A stretch of DNA of 46,273 nt, from the IMG/VR virus record IMGVR_UViG_3300037589_000034; one strand, written 5' to 3'. The position numbers were made by a program, and so were the translations under genes. Of this stretch, positions 32,207 to 41,157 are shown piece after piece; position 1 is the first letter of the stretch; every line of letters begins with the position of its first letter. The notes beneath the pieces were generated by a model, which saw only the letters and a list, made by a program, of their open reading frames with translations, was not told the DNA's origin and searched no databases. The stretch comes from a virus.

Positions 32207-32740
32207 ATGACAATCCACCTTTCGATCCGCAAGGAACTCTATCGAGACTACTTCATTCACCTTTTTCCAACTGATCCATCCGGAGCTCTGCAGATCACCA
32301 GGGACTCGGATCTAGGGAAGCTGATCTGTGCACTGGTCCGGTACTCAGATTTTCCGGTCAAAGATCAGATCCCGGAGGATGCTATCCAGATCAAGCTCCC
32401 GGCTACTAATTCACTACGGATCGCTCAGGATAGATTTCTTTTTCTCTCCAGGGAGGATCAGCTCCGGATCAATGATCTCATCGAAGTGTTTTTCAATATT
32501 GACTTTGACCGATACTATCTCAAAGGTCTCAAGATTGGCCTCCAGCAGAAGGAGATTATTGAGTCCTTCATTGTGACTCGAAAGCTGACTAGATTGATGA
32601 GTGATAATGAGACTCTGAAAAAAAGGCAGTATCGCCAAGAGCTGGACCTACTCAAAGAGCGAGTCGAGCAGCTGAGACAGCGGGCCTACTATCGCAATCA
32701 GAAAATCGAATTCGAGCCCGAAAAATATTTGATCAATTAA
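32207..32740 (+). CDS. Hypothetical protein (177 aa), first gene after the control region
   Basis: Long ORF with a basic coiled-coil C-terminus. A role as late regulator is suggested by position only. Confidence 0.5.
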   Translation: MTIHLSIRKELYRDYFIHLFPTDPSGALQITRDSDLGKLICALVRYSDFPVKDQIPEDAIQIKLPATNSLRIAQDRFLFLSREDQLRINDLIEVFFNIDFDRYYLKGLKIGLQQKEIIESFIVTRKLTRLMSDNETLKKRQYRQELDLLKERVEQLRQRAYYRNQKIEFEPEKYLIN

Positions 32741-32785
32741 TGAGAAAAATCTCGTTGAGATATTCCACAAATCATGTAAAAAACT

Positions 32786-33202
32786 ATGAATGAGCGCATT
32801 AATAATATTTGCAAAGTAGAAGTGGCCCGGATCTCGGAGGTGATTTCTTACTATGAGACTCCCACTGGACTTGCTATGATCTCAGCTCCATGGGCTCTTG
32901 TACCTATCGCTGGAAATGCCAGGGTAAATATCAATAAAGAAAATACCAGGTCTGGAGATAGATTTGATATTGCCTTCTCAAGTAACCTCAAGAGCAGCTT
33001 TCAAGTCAATGAGTTATGTCTGATCCGGATCACTTTTGCAGATGATCGGGATCCATTATTGATCGGATCTCCGGATTTCCCGGTCAAGCTCCGGGAGGAT
33101 CACTCCCTGGATGCTAAAAGATTGGATTTTTCTACCTCTTTTTGGAGGTATCCATTTAGAGCTCAAGATCCTCCAAGTGATCCAGGATCTGGATCAGTCT
33201 GA
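32786..33202 (+). CDS. Hypothetical protein (138 aa)
   Basis: ORF ending in DPPSDPGSGSV. Confidence 0.55.
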   Translation: MNERINNICKVEVARISEVISYYETPTGLAMISAPWALVPIAGNARVNINKENTRSGDRFDIAFSSNLKSSFQVNELCLIRITFADDRDPLLIGSPDFPVKLREDHSLDAKRLDFSTSFWRYPFRAQDPPSDPGSGSV

Positions 33203-33211
33203 TTTTTCAGC

Positions 33212-33228
33212 TGATTTTTAGTCCTTTC
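33212..33228 (+). promoter_or_regulatory. Late-motif copy 4 (TGATTTTTAGTCCTTTC) upstream of the head genes
   Basis: It lies in a 102-nt gap, 77 nt before the protease ATG. Confidence 0.5.
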
Positions 33229-33304
33229 TATGGCATTTGTGATGTAGTAAGATTGTATTGAGCAAATCTAATTTCTCGGATCATCCGGGATTAATTCAGA
33301 CTAC

Positions 33305-34252
33305 ATGACACAACTAGCGGCTAATTGGCCTTTCCTACTGGTAAATCAGATTGTCCGGGGTAAATTTTTTATCAAACCGGAGATCGCTGGAGCTATGGCT
33401 CCGCAGCTGGTGGACCTACTCCAGGGAAAGCACACCAAAGGAGACAAGCGAAATATCCGGATCGAGGTATTAGGCGATTCCATGTCTCAATCGAATTTTC
33501 GAAAAGCATACATCCTCGATGATGATGAGTCGGAAGCAGATGAGCGGGAGAGCAGCATCTATGACGAAGCTCCGGAGGGATCTGCAGCCATTATCCCGCT
33601 CAAGGGATCAATGATGAAGTATGGCTCTTGGTGCGAGTATGGCACAGCTGAAATCGCAGACATGCTTAGATCAGCTGCCTCTCATAAGAATGTAGCAGCC
33701 ATTGTACTGGATATCGATTCTGGAGGAGGAGCTGTAGATGCCATCGCTCCGATGGTAGATGCTATCAAATATGCCCGAGAGATGGGCAAGCCAGTAGTGG
33801 CCTCTGTGGACCTGTGTTGCTCTGCAGCGATGTGGGTAGCCTCAGAGTGTGACTACATCATGGCTGACAATGATGTATCAGCGGAGGTAGGATCTATAGG
33901 AGTCATGATGTCATTCATGGATATGAGAGCTTACTATGAGGAGAAGGGGATCAAGGTCCATGAGATCTACTCATCACTATCTGCCAATAAAAATCTCAGT
34001 TTCAGAGAGGCTAGAGATGGAGAATATGACAAAATCACCAGCGAGGAGCTAGATCCTCTCGCTGTATCCTTCCAGGAGGCCATCAAGAAAAATAGAGGTA
34101 CGAAACTGGACCTGTCCGATGAGGGGATCCTCTCCGGAAAAACCTATTTCGCCAAGGATGCACTACGATTGGGATTGATTGATCGAATAGGATCCCGATC
34201 CATGGCAGTCCAAGTGGCCATAGCAATGTCTCACGCAAAAAACTTAGTATAA
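33305..34252 (+). CDS. Prohead (head maturation) protease, S49/SppA (ClpP-fold) family
   Basis: IIPLKGSMMKYGS...NVAAIVLDIDSGGGAVDAIAPMVDAIKYAR..GKPVVASVDLCCSAAMWVASECDYIMA..SAEVGSIGV are characteristic S49 peptidase motifs. Confidence 0.85.
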   Translation: MTQLAANWPFLLVNQIVRGKFFIKPEIAGAMAPQLVDLLQGKHTKGDKRNIRIEVLGDSMSQSNFRKAYILDDDESEADERESSIYDEAPEGSAAIIPLKGSMMKYGSWCEYGTAEIADMLRSAASHKNVAAIVLDIDSGGGAVDAIAPMVDAIKYAREMGKPVVASVDLCCSAAMWVASECDYIMADNDVSAEVGSIGVMMSFMDMRAYYEEKGIKVHEIYSSLSANKNLSFREARDGEYDKITSEELDPLAVSFQEAIKKNRGTKLDLSDEGILSGKTYFAKDALRLGLIDRIGSRSMAVQVAIAMSHAKNLV

Positions 34253-34272
34253 ACCTTAACCAATTTCCAATC

Positions 34273-35850
34273 ATGAAAAAAAAATGGATGTCAGTTTTTC
34301 TTAGTTTCCTGGGAGTCCAGGAATTCGAGAAAAAAGACGGAAAGTCCTATCTGACTGATGATCAGAAAAAGGACTTAGAGATTGCCTTTGGGAATGATGT
34401 GGTATCGAAATTCGAGGCCGCACTTGCTCAAGAGGAGAGTGGAAATGCTGCAGAATCTGGAGAGGATCCGGCAGTTTCCCTTATTACTGGCCTGGCTAAT
34501 CAGCAGCGAGCTAATCAAGCGGCCATGCAAGAAAAGATCAATGAGCTGATCAAGAAGAATGGAGGTCTCCAGGCTACTGTAGCTCAGCTGATGGATCGAG
34601 ATGAGGAGGATGTGATTCCTGAGATGGATAAAACCATTGTCAGAAAAGCAGACGTTCCTACAGTCTTGAGAGTGGACATGAGAAAAGGCCACTATGCCAA
34701 AGTGGGAGAATTCCTAAAGACAGGCGTAAACTCTGCAGCTTACAATTCTACCACCATCGATGTGGCAGACTTGAGAGAGGAGTTCGGTACTTACCTGACT
34801 CAGCAGCGAAACTTGGACATCATTCGCCAGGTATTGACAGGGTTCACTACCTCGCAGTATATGACTACTGTTTTGGCAGTGACAGAGTGGAGAGCTACCA
34901 AGGCATTGATCACCTCTGTAGTCCAGCAGTTTACTCCAAAGTGGACTCCGCTAGGCAAGGGTAAATTCAAGCCTTTGACCATCAAAAACAGACGACACAA
35001 GATCAACTTTCCAATCATTCCTGCAGAGGTATTGGACAGCTACTTGTTCTATCTGTATGATGAGGGAATGGCTCCGGACCAGATGCCTATCACCAGATAC
35101 ATTACCGAGACACTTCTCAAGCCTCAAGTCCTACAGGATATCGAGCTGAGAATGGTAGCCAAGGGTAAGTATGTGGAGAAGGATTGGAATACTGTCAATA
35201 CCAATGATGCAGGTACTGCTCCGGAGGATGCAGTAGATGGATTTGAGACTATCCTAGTGGATTCCAAGGCATTGAAAGGAACTGCCAATGATACCGGGAT
35301 CAACTATTTCACTGAGACCATCGATTGGAAAACTGCCACTGATCAGCAGGTTTTGGATTTTGTCAATGCTTTTGTGGATTGGATCAATCCTCAGTATCAA
35401 AGCATGATGATGCCTGTATTCTGCTCTCTGGATGTGTATAAACGCTACAAGCGGGCATACAAGAAAATTTGGGGTGCTGGATCCGGTACTGAGAACACCA
35501 CTTTTGGAGCAGATCAGATTGACTACTCCATGAATGTCTTGACTCCGCTGGATTCCATGTATAAGTCTCCGATCTTATTCTCTACTCCAAAGCCAAACTT
35601 TGTGAAGTTGAGACATAAGAATGAGGCTCCAAACATCATCAATGATGTTCAGAAGCATGACTACGAAGTGAAGCTCTTCGGTGAGTTCTGGTTCGGAGTC
35701 GGATTTGCTATCGGTGATGCTGTCTTTGCATACGTGCCAGATGGATACAATCCTAAAGCTGCCATCAATGGCTCTTGGGGTGCTGCCACTGATTACCAGG
35801 AGTACATCATGAATGAAGGCGCAGACTCCGGAGCTGGAGGAGGCATCTAA
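34273..35850 (+). CDS. Major capsid protein candidate (with N-terminal scaffold-like coiled coil)
   Basis: 525 aa, immediately after the protease, with a helical/charged N-terminal region of about 120 aa. It ends in ADSGAGGGI. The call rests on position and size. Confidence 0.55.
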   Translation: MKKKWMSVFLSFLGVQEFEKKDGKSYLTDDQKKDLEIAFGNDVVSKFEAALAQEESGNAAESGEDPAVSLITGLANQQRANQAAMQEKINELIKKNGGLQATVAQLMDRDEEDVIPEMDKTIVRKADVPTVLRVDMRKGHYAKVGEFLKTGVNSAAYNSTTIDVADLREEFGTYLTQQRNLDIIRQVLTGFTTSQYMTTVLAVTEWRATKALITSVVQQFTPKWTPLGKGKFKPLTIKNRRHKINFPIIPAEVLDSYLFYLYDEGMAPDQMPITRYITETLLKPQVLQDIELRMVAKGKYVEKDWNTVNTNDAGTAPEDAVDGFETILVDSKALKGTANDTGINYFTETIDWKTATDQQVLDFVNAFVDWINPQYQSMMMPVFCSLDVYKRYKRAYKKIWGAGSGTENTTFGADQIDYSMNVLTPLDSMYKSPILFSTPKPNFVKLRHKNEAPNIINDVQKHDYEVKLFGEFWFGVGFAIGDAVFAYVPDGYNPKAAINGSWGAATDYQEYIMNEGADSGAGGGI

Positions 35851-35884
35851 GTTCAATTCGTAAACCTTAAATCCTAATCAAAAA

Positions 35885-36442
35885 ATGGCAAACGTATCTA
35901 TTCCAAAAATAAAGACCGGAGCAGGAGCTCCGGTCCCAAAGGAGCCAAATGTGATCTTTATCCTGGCATCTGATGTGGCCACTATGCCCTCCAAGAATGG
36001 AGTGGTATCCACCTCGGATCTACAGCTTAAAGATGGCAAAAAAGGCTATGCTGTGTACTTGACTCCTAAATCCATCAATCGATTTGACTCATCCGAGGGA
36101 GAGACATCCGATGAGATGGGAGGATTCCTTAGCAATTTTGCAGGAAATCGCCCAGGTGATGATGAGCACTTTTCTAATTGGATTCAAGAAAATCTCAATG
36201 AGGGTTTCTTGATCCTGTCGAAGGAGTGTGGAGACAATCTTGGAACCAGACTGCAGGGTACTCCTTGCAATCCGCTCTACATGAGTGTGACTGGTCAGGA
36301 TAATGCAGAAGGCAAGATGAGCGAGCTCAATTTTGTCTCTGGTCAGAGATCTAAGTTTAAGATGATTCACTACAGAGGAGCGGATCCAGCTGTCTATGAT
36401 GGACCAGTTGATTCCGGATCATCTGCAGGAGGAGGTATCTAA
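35885..36442 (+). CDS. Head-associated protein (decoration or minor capsid candidate, 185 aa)
   Basis: It follows the capsid gene and ends in DSGSSAGGGI, the same tail as the capsid candidate. Confidence 0.4.
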   Translation: MANVSIPKIKTGAGAPVPKEPNVIFILASDVATMPSKNGVVSTSDLQLKDGKKGYAVYLTPKSINRFDSSEGETSDEMGGFLSNFAGNRPGDDEHFSNWIQENLNEGFLILSKECGDNLGTRLQGTPCNPLYMSVTGQDNAEGKMSELNFVSGQRSKFKMIHYRGADPAVYDGPVDSGSSAGGGI

Positions 36443-36455
36443 TCCTTAATGTAAT

Positions 36456-37415
36456 ATGACAAACAAAAAAACAGCAGCTCCAGTCTCTGGAGCTGCTACT
36501 TCCACCCAAAAGAAAGCGGCTCCCAAGACTACTACCAAGTCTCCCGCTAGAAGAAAGCCTTCCACTCCAAAAAAAACGGCCCCAAAAGCCAAGGAAGAGG
36601 TCCTGGTCAATGTCCAGGAAGAAAGCACTGTATCAGCTACTGCAGCTCCAGAGGAGCAGCCATCCCGGCCAAAAGGCCATGTGGTAGTCATTCCCTACAT
36701 AGACTCTAAGGCAGCTGGAAAAGAGCTCCTATTTGCTCTACGTGCATGGGAAAATAACTTTGAGGATCTCGCTGGTATCGTAGTGGTAGGAGATCTACCA
36801 GAAGGAATATCCAGAGAGAAAGTGACTCATATTCCACACAGACCAGAGAGCAATAATCCTCAAGTGGATGTAGCTCAGAAGATGGCAGCAGCTATCGCAT
36901 CGGATCTGGTTCCAGAGGTATTTATCTGGTCCAATGATGATATCTATCCCATTGCTCCGGTATCTTTTGAAGATATCGCTGCCAAAAAATCCATAGGGAT
37001 TTTAAGATCCAAAGGAAAGCCTGGAGGAGTTTATCACCAAAACTCTATCCGGACCATGGAGGCCATCAAAAAGGCCGGACTAAAGAATCCAAAGGATTAT
37101 GCCACTCATACTCCGGTAGTATTCGAAAAGTCCAAGCTAGCCAAGACTATTGCAGATTTTGGAGCTACTAAAGAGGGATTGCTGGTGAGTACCTTGTATT
37201 TCAATCAGCACTATCCGCTATCCAGGCCTATTGTGACTAGCAATGGAGCTACTGGATCCATAGTGGCCTCTGTTTGGTCTGCCAATCCAAATAGGGATAT
37301 CCTGGAGAGAGTTTTCCAGGAGAGATCCTGGATCAATAACAACGATCTCGGATATCCGATTGTAGAGCCATATCTGATCAAATTATTCCCAAAAAAGTCG
37401 AGATTTGAAAAGTAA
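36456..37415 (+). CDS. Protein with K/P/T/A-rich histone-H1-like N-terminal tail and a GT-A-like (glycosyltransferase-like) body
   Basis: Residues 1-50 are TNKKTAAPVSGAATSTQKKAAPKTTTKSPARRKPSTPKKTAPKAKEE. The body has VVIPYIDSKAAGKELLFALRAWE...IVVVGD...IWSNDDIYP, that is a Rossmann start plus a DxD-like NDD. The function is tentative. Confidence 0.3.
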   Translation: MTNKKTAAPVSGAATSTQKKAAPKTTTKSPARRKPSTPKKTAPKAKEEVLVNVQEESTVSATAAPEEQPSRPKGHVVVIPYIDSKAAGKELLFALRAWENNFEDLAGIVVVGDLPEGISREKVTHIPHRPESNNPQVDVAQKMAAAIASDLVPEVFIWSNDDIYPIAPVSFEDIAAKKSIGILRSKGKPGGVYHQNSIRTMEAIKKAGLKNPKDYATHTPVVFEKSKLAKTIADFGATKEGLLVSTLYFNQHYPLSRPIVTSNGATGSIVASVWSANPNRDILERVFQERSWINNNDLGYPIVEPYLIKLFPKKSRFEK

Positions 37416-37418
37416 TTC

Positions 37419-38090
37419 ATGAGACTTGAAATACTAGGCTGGATCAAGTCGGGTGCATCCCTTGTGGAAGGTATCCGGCTTTTTTCATTATACAGCGGCA
37501 ATGACCATCCATTTCTCCGGATCCTACAGGCAGATCCGGATCGATGTCTCCCGATTCTCATCCAGGAGCTAGCGAGTCGAGCTGGACTGGACCTGGAGGA
37601 GATTGCCATCCGGCCCAAGTTTCGGGAGGAGTGGGGATTTCTCAATGAGCCAGGCTGTCCAAATGCCCTCAAGATCCTCGCTGCAGACAAGATCTCATCC
37701 TACCATCGCTATTGCCGGGCTCATAGCCTTCTGTTCGATTGTACCTCTCTGGAGGAGCAGAATAAGGTAGCTAAGGAGCTGATGGCAAACTACCTGGAGA
37801 ATCAAGCTATCACTGCAGAATTTCGATACTACCAAGAGCATGGCCATGTATTGGGTAAGCATCCGATTTTCAAGTGGGAAAAGGAAATGACAAAGCTCCG
37901 AAAGCTCGGCCCTATCGAATTGATGGAATTCAAGATCAAGCTGGAGCATAATATCTGGAGAGTCCAGTCAGAGCTAGATAAAAATGACAAGCCTCACCTC
38001 CGGACTCAGCGGGAGCAGCGGCTCCGGCTCAAGCAGATGCAATTGGTAGAAGTTCAGCGAATGATCGCAGATTTCAGTAGAATGCAGTAG
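37419..38090 (+). CDS. Hypothetical protein (223 aa)
   Basis: Long ORF 3 nt after the previous stop. Confidence 0.55.
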   Translation: MRLEILGWIKSGASLVEGIRLFSLYSGNDHPFLRILQADPDRCLPILIQELASRAGLDLEEIAIRPKFREEWGFLNEPGCPNALKILAADKISSYHRYCRAHSLLFDCTSLEEQNKVAKELMANYLENQAITAEFRYYQEHGHVLGKHPIFKWEKEMTKLRKLGPIELMEFKIKLEHNIWRVQSELDKNDKPHLRTQREQRLRLKQMQLVEVQRMIADFSRMQ

Positions 38091-38120
38091 TTATGCAGTA
38101 AATTTCAGTAAATTAACACC

Positions 38121-39050
38121 ATGACAGAATTATCATTCCCTTTGGATGAGCAGCGCATAGAGGAGCTGCAGAGACTAGCTGCTCTCGGATATTCTCCGGA
38201 GGACATGGCTCTGTATTTTGATGTAGATAAGATCTACTTTCTCCAGGCTGCCTTTGATGTCAATTCCAAGGTCTATTACTACATCGAGCGAGGCAAGTTC
38301 CTGGCCCGAGCCAAAGAGGAGATGGCTCTCCTGGAAGCTGCAGAAAAAGGAGAGGTCAAAGAATCTGAGCAGCTCAATAAGATCCGGAGAGACCGGGGAT
38401 GGCAGCTATCCAAGCTGGACATATTTGGTGGGTTTAAGGATAAGAAAATCATCCAACGGATCCAGGACCATATTCAGAATGGATCTACCAATGATCTCTC
38501 TACAGAGGAGTCTATCTGGCTCGATGCACTCACGCTGGCTCACTCGCTCTATCGAAAGTATGGCAGGAGAAATACAGTGGAATTTTTCATCAAGACTTAC
38601 CAGCTCAAGCATCGAAATGCCTCCGAGATAGTGGATGAGGCCCTATCTCTGTTCTATGTGGATCGAGGAGTGGAAAAGAAAGCTCTCCGGCATCTCTTTG
38701 CAGAGGAGATCCTGGAGGGATCCTTGGTGGTCCGGGACAATGCTGTATCAGCCAGGGATTGGGAAGTTTACACCAATATGAAAATGGCTGCAGCCAAGCT
38801 CCTGGAGCTTGACAAAGAGGATCCGGAAAAAGCAGATCCATCGCAATACCTCAAGCCTATCCGAGTCTATGCCTTGCAGACAGAGCACTTGGGACTACCG
38901 GATATCAATCGCCAAGATGTGGCCCGGCAAATCGAATCCCTTCCGATCCCTGAGCGGGACAAAGTGAGGCTCAGACAAGAGGCTCTACTCGAAAACATCA
39001 ACCTAGAAGATAGACTCAATGACTTGGAGGAAAAGTATCAAGCCAAATAA
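38121..39050 (+). CDS. terS: Terminase small subunit candidate
   Basis: It lies directly upstream of TerL and overlaps it by 32 nt. The N-terminal LQRLAALGYSPEDMALYFDVDK is HTH-like, followed by a charged helical region. Confidence 0.45.
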   Translation: MTELSFPLDEQRIEELQRLAALGYSPEDMALYFDVDKIYFLQAAFDVNSKVYYYIERGKFLARAKEEMALLEAAEKGEVKESEQLNKIRRDRGWQLSKLDIFGGFKDKKIIQRIQDHIQNGSTNDLSTEESIWLDALTLAHSLYRKYGRRNTVEFFIKTYQLKHRNASEIVDEALSLFYVDRGVEKKALRHLFAEEILEGSLVVRDNAVSARDWEVYTNMKMAAAKLLELDKEDPEKADPSQYLKPIRVYALQTEHLGLPDINRQDVARQIESLPIPERDKVRLRQEALLENINLEDRLNDLEEKYQAK

Positions 39051-40767
39051 TCCATCCGCTCAGACTGTATTTGCCAATTGGCTCTCGCAGCTCTGCATGA
39101 TGATCTTACCAAAAAACCTTTACATGGTAGCTGGCCGGGGATCAGCCAAGACTACTGATATCCAGGTAGAGCGATTGATCGAGATGGTCTATGACATGCC
39201 AGGAGCTCCGGTGGTATGGGTAGCTGATACCTATTCCAACCTGCAGAAAAACGTACTCCGGACAGTAGAAGAAGGTCTCAAGGCCAAAGGATTGATCGAA
39301 GGGATCCACTATGTAAAAGGCAGAAAACCTCCTGAATTCAGTGCATCGGAGATCCCGGACTTACCTCCTAATATCCGGGAGCATTTCTGGAAGCCTTACA
39401 ATAAGCTATCTACCTACCAGCATACACTTATTTTTTTTACCGGGCTCAATATCACCTTTGGATCCCTGGATAGACCTGCCTCGCTTGCTGGTGGTAACTA
39501 TGTCCATGTATTTGGGGATGAGGCTAAATATTTCCGAGAGGACCGGGTATTGAATCTACAGAAAGCTATCCGAGGCATGAGAGTCAAGTATGGCCACTCG
39601 GTATTTTATCGAGGCAGGACCTTTACCACAGACATGCCTAATACAGACAATATCGGAGAGCATGACTGGATATTGAAGCGATCTGAGGGAATGAATCACC
39701 AGGCCTTACTACTGGCTCTCAAATGCGCCATGATTACCAATGAAGCAGCTCAGGAATATATCGCTGCCTGTGAATCCGGAGACCGGGAAGAGATCACCAA
39801 GAAAAAGCGAGTCTGGATGAGATGGGTAGAGCGATGGGTAGCTGCCAGGACCTATAAGGAGGCGCATACCTTATTCTACATTGCTAGCTCGTATGTCAAT
39901 GTCGATATCTTGACTCCGGACTGGTTCAATGATGCCTTTACCGAGAACTTTATAGACTCCAAGACCACGGTGCTCTCACTCAAGCCAAAGCCAGAGCAGG
40001 GAGAGCTATTCTATGCGAATATGGGAGAGAGGCACTTCTACCAGGATGGAGCTGATCCTGCCTGGTCTATGAGATTTGGTCTGACTGATGAGGAGGATTG
40101 CCGGATCCTCAAGTATCACCAGCTCAATAGAGCCATCGATATCGGAGTGGATTTCGGCAATATGATTTCCATGTCTATGGCTCAGATGTGTGGGGAGGTC
40201 TATCGGATCCAGAAGTTTCTCTATACACTTTCTCCGGAGTGGATAAGGGAGATCGCTGATAAGTTCCTGGAATTCTATAGACCTCATCGGGAGAAAACGA
40301 TCAATTTCTACTATGACCGGGCAGCTAACAATTACAAGAAAGCTGGACAGGATCTGGCCACTCAGCTCAAGAAAGCTCTGGAAAAAGACAAGGATGGAAA
40401 GCCTACAGGATGGAAGGTGATCCTGATGTCAGAAGGCCAGGGAAATATTGGTCAGATGGAGGAGTTCAACTTCATGCAGGAGCTCTTCTCCGGGCATCAT
40501 AAGAAGCTCCCTAAAGTGATGATCGATTTCTACCACTGTAAGCCTCTCAGATCCTCTCTGGAGCTCGCTAAGATCCGCAAGAGGACTGACAGAGGGAAAA
40601 CCATCATCACCAAGGATAAGCGATCTGAGCAGCTCCCTATCCATCGATTGCCGCTCGAATCCACCAATCCATCGGACTCATTCAAATACCTGATGATGAG
40701 AAAGGTCTGGAGATCTCTGGTAAGAGGTGGAAAGGATGTCTATGTAGGACAGGTATCCATCCGGTAA
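39019..40767 (+). CDS. terL: Terminase large subunit
   Basis: Walker A is MVAGRGSAKTT and Walker B is VHVFGDEAKY. The size is 582 aa, with a C-terminal nuclease-sized domain. Confidence 0.85.
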   Translation: MTWRKSIKPNNPSAQTVFANWLSQLCMMILPKNLYMVAGRGSAKTTDIQVERLIEMVYDMPGAPVVWVADTYSNLQKNVLRTVEEGLKAKGLIEGIHYVKGRKPPEFSASEIPDLPPNIREHFWKPYNKLSTYQHTLIFFTGLNITFGSLDRPASLAGGNYVHVFGDEAKYFREDRVLNLQKAIRGMRVKYGHSVFYRGRTFTTDMPNTDNIGEHDWILKRSEGMNHQALLLALKCAMITNEAAQEYIAACESGDREEITKKKRVWMRWVERWVAARTYKEAHTLFYIASSYVNVDILTPDWFNDAFTENFIDSKTTVLSLKPKPEQGELFYANMGERHFYQDGADPAWSMRFGLTDEEDCRILKYHQLNRAIDIGVDFGNMISMSMAQMCGEVYRIQKFLYTLSPEWIREIADKFLEFYRPHREKTINFYYDRAANNYKKAGQDLATQLKKALEKDKDGKPTGWKVILMSEGQGNIGQMEEFNFMQELFSGHHKKLPKVMIDFYHCKPLRSSLELAKIRKRTDRGKTIITKDKRSEQLPIHRLPLESTNPSDSFKYLMMRKVWRSLVRGGKDVYVGQVSIR

Positions 40768-40807
40768 AATTCACTTATAAGTTAATTTCTCCATTCTCCA
40801 GGCTGAG

Positions 40808-40820
40808 TGATTGTCCTTTC
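40808..40820 (+). promoter_or_regulatory. Late-motif copy 5 (TGATTGTCCTTTC) upstream of the portal unit
   Basis: It lies in the 63-nt gap after terL, 10 nt before the ATG at 40831 and 31 nt before the ATG at 40852. Confidence 0.45.
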
Positions 40821-40830
40821 GATTTGGTAG

Positions 40831-41157
40831 ATGTCAGGCGATATTCGGATCATGAGTAACCTCACAGTGTATGCGGCAATTAAACAAATGCGAAGGCTGT
40901 CTCAAATGCGCCAGCCTTTCAGTTTCACCTTCATGTCCTGGTCTGAGACCAAGCAGAAATCCAATGGAATTGTCGAAGTCAGATCGGCTAGGGTTAAAAA
41001 CAGGACCAAGCAAGCAGACTTCCGAAATACAGATTTCATTGAGGAGTATATAGACCTCGATACCATGGAGCACAGAAGGTTCTACCAGCCACTGCTTATG
41101 ACTTTCAACGGACAAAAACTCGAATTGGCAAATGACCGATACAACCAAAATCAATAA
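40831..41157 (+). CDS. Hypothetical protein (108 aa; start may be 40852)
   Basis: I prefer this + strand ORF over the antisense ORF 40834-41181 because of operon polarity. Confidence 0.45.
   Translation: MSGDIRIMSNLTVYAAIKQMRRLSQMRQPFSFTFMSWSETKQKSNGIVEVRSARVKNRTKQADFRNTDFIEEYIDLDTMEHRRFYQPLLMTFNGQKLELANDRYNQNQ

Noticed and set aside
34249-36450. Short (A)ACCTTAA / ATCCTTAA words in three head-gene intergenic spacers (about 34252, 35864, 36443)
   Set aside because: The words are too short and partly made of stop codons, so they are likely coincidental.
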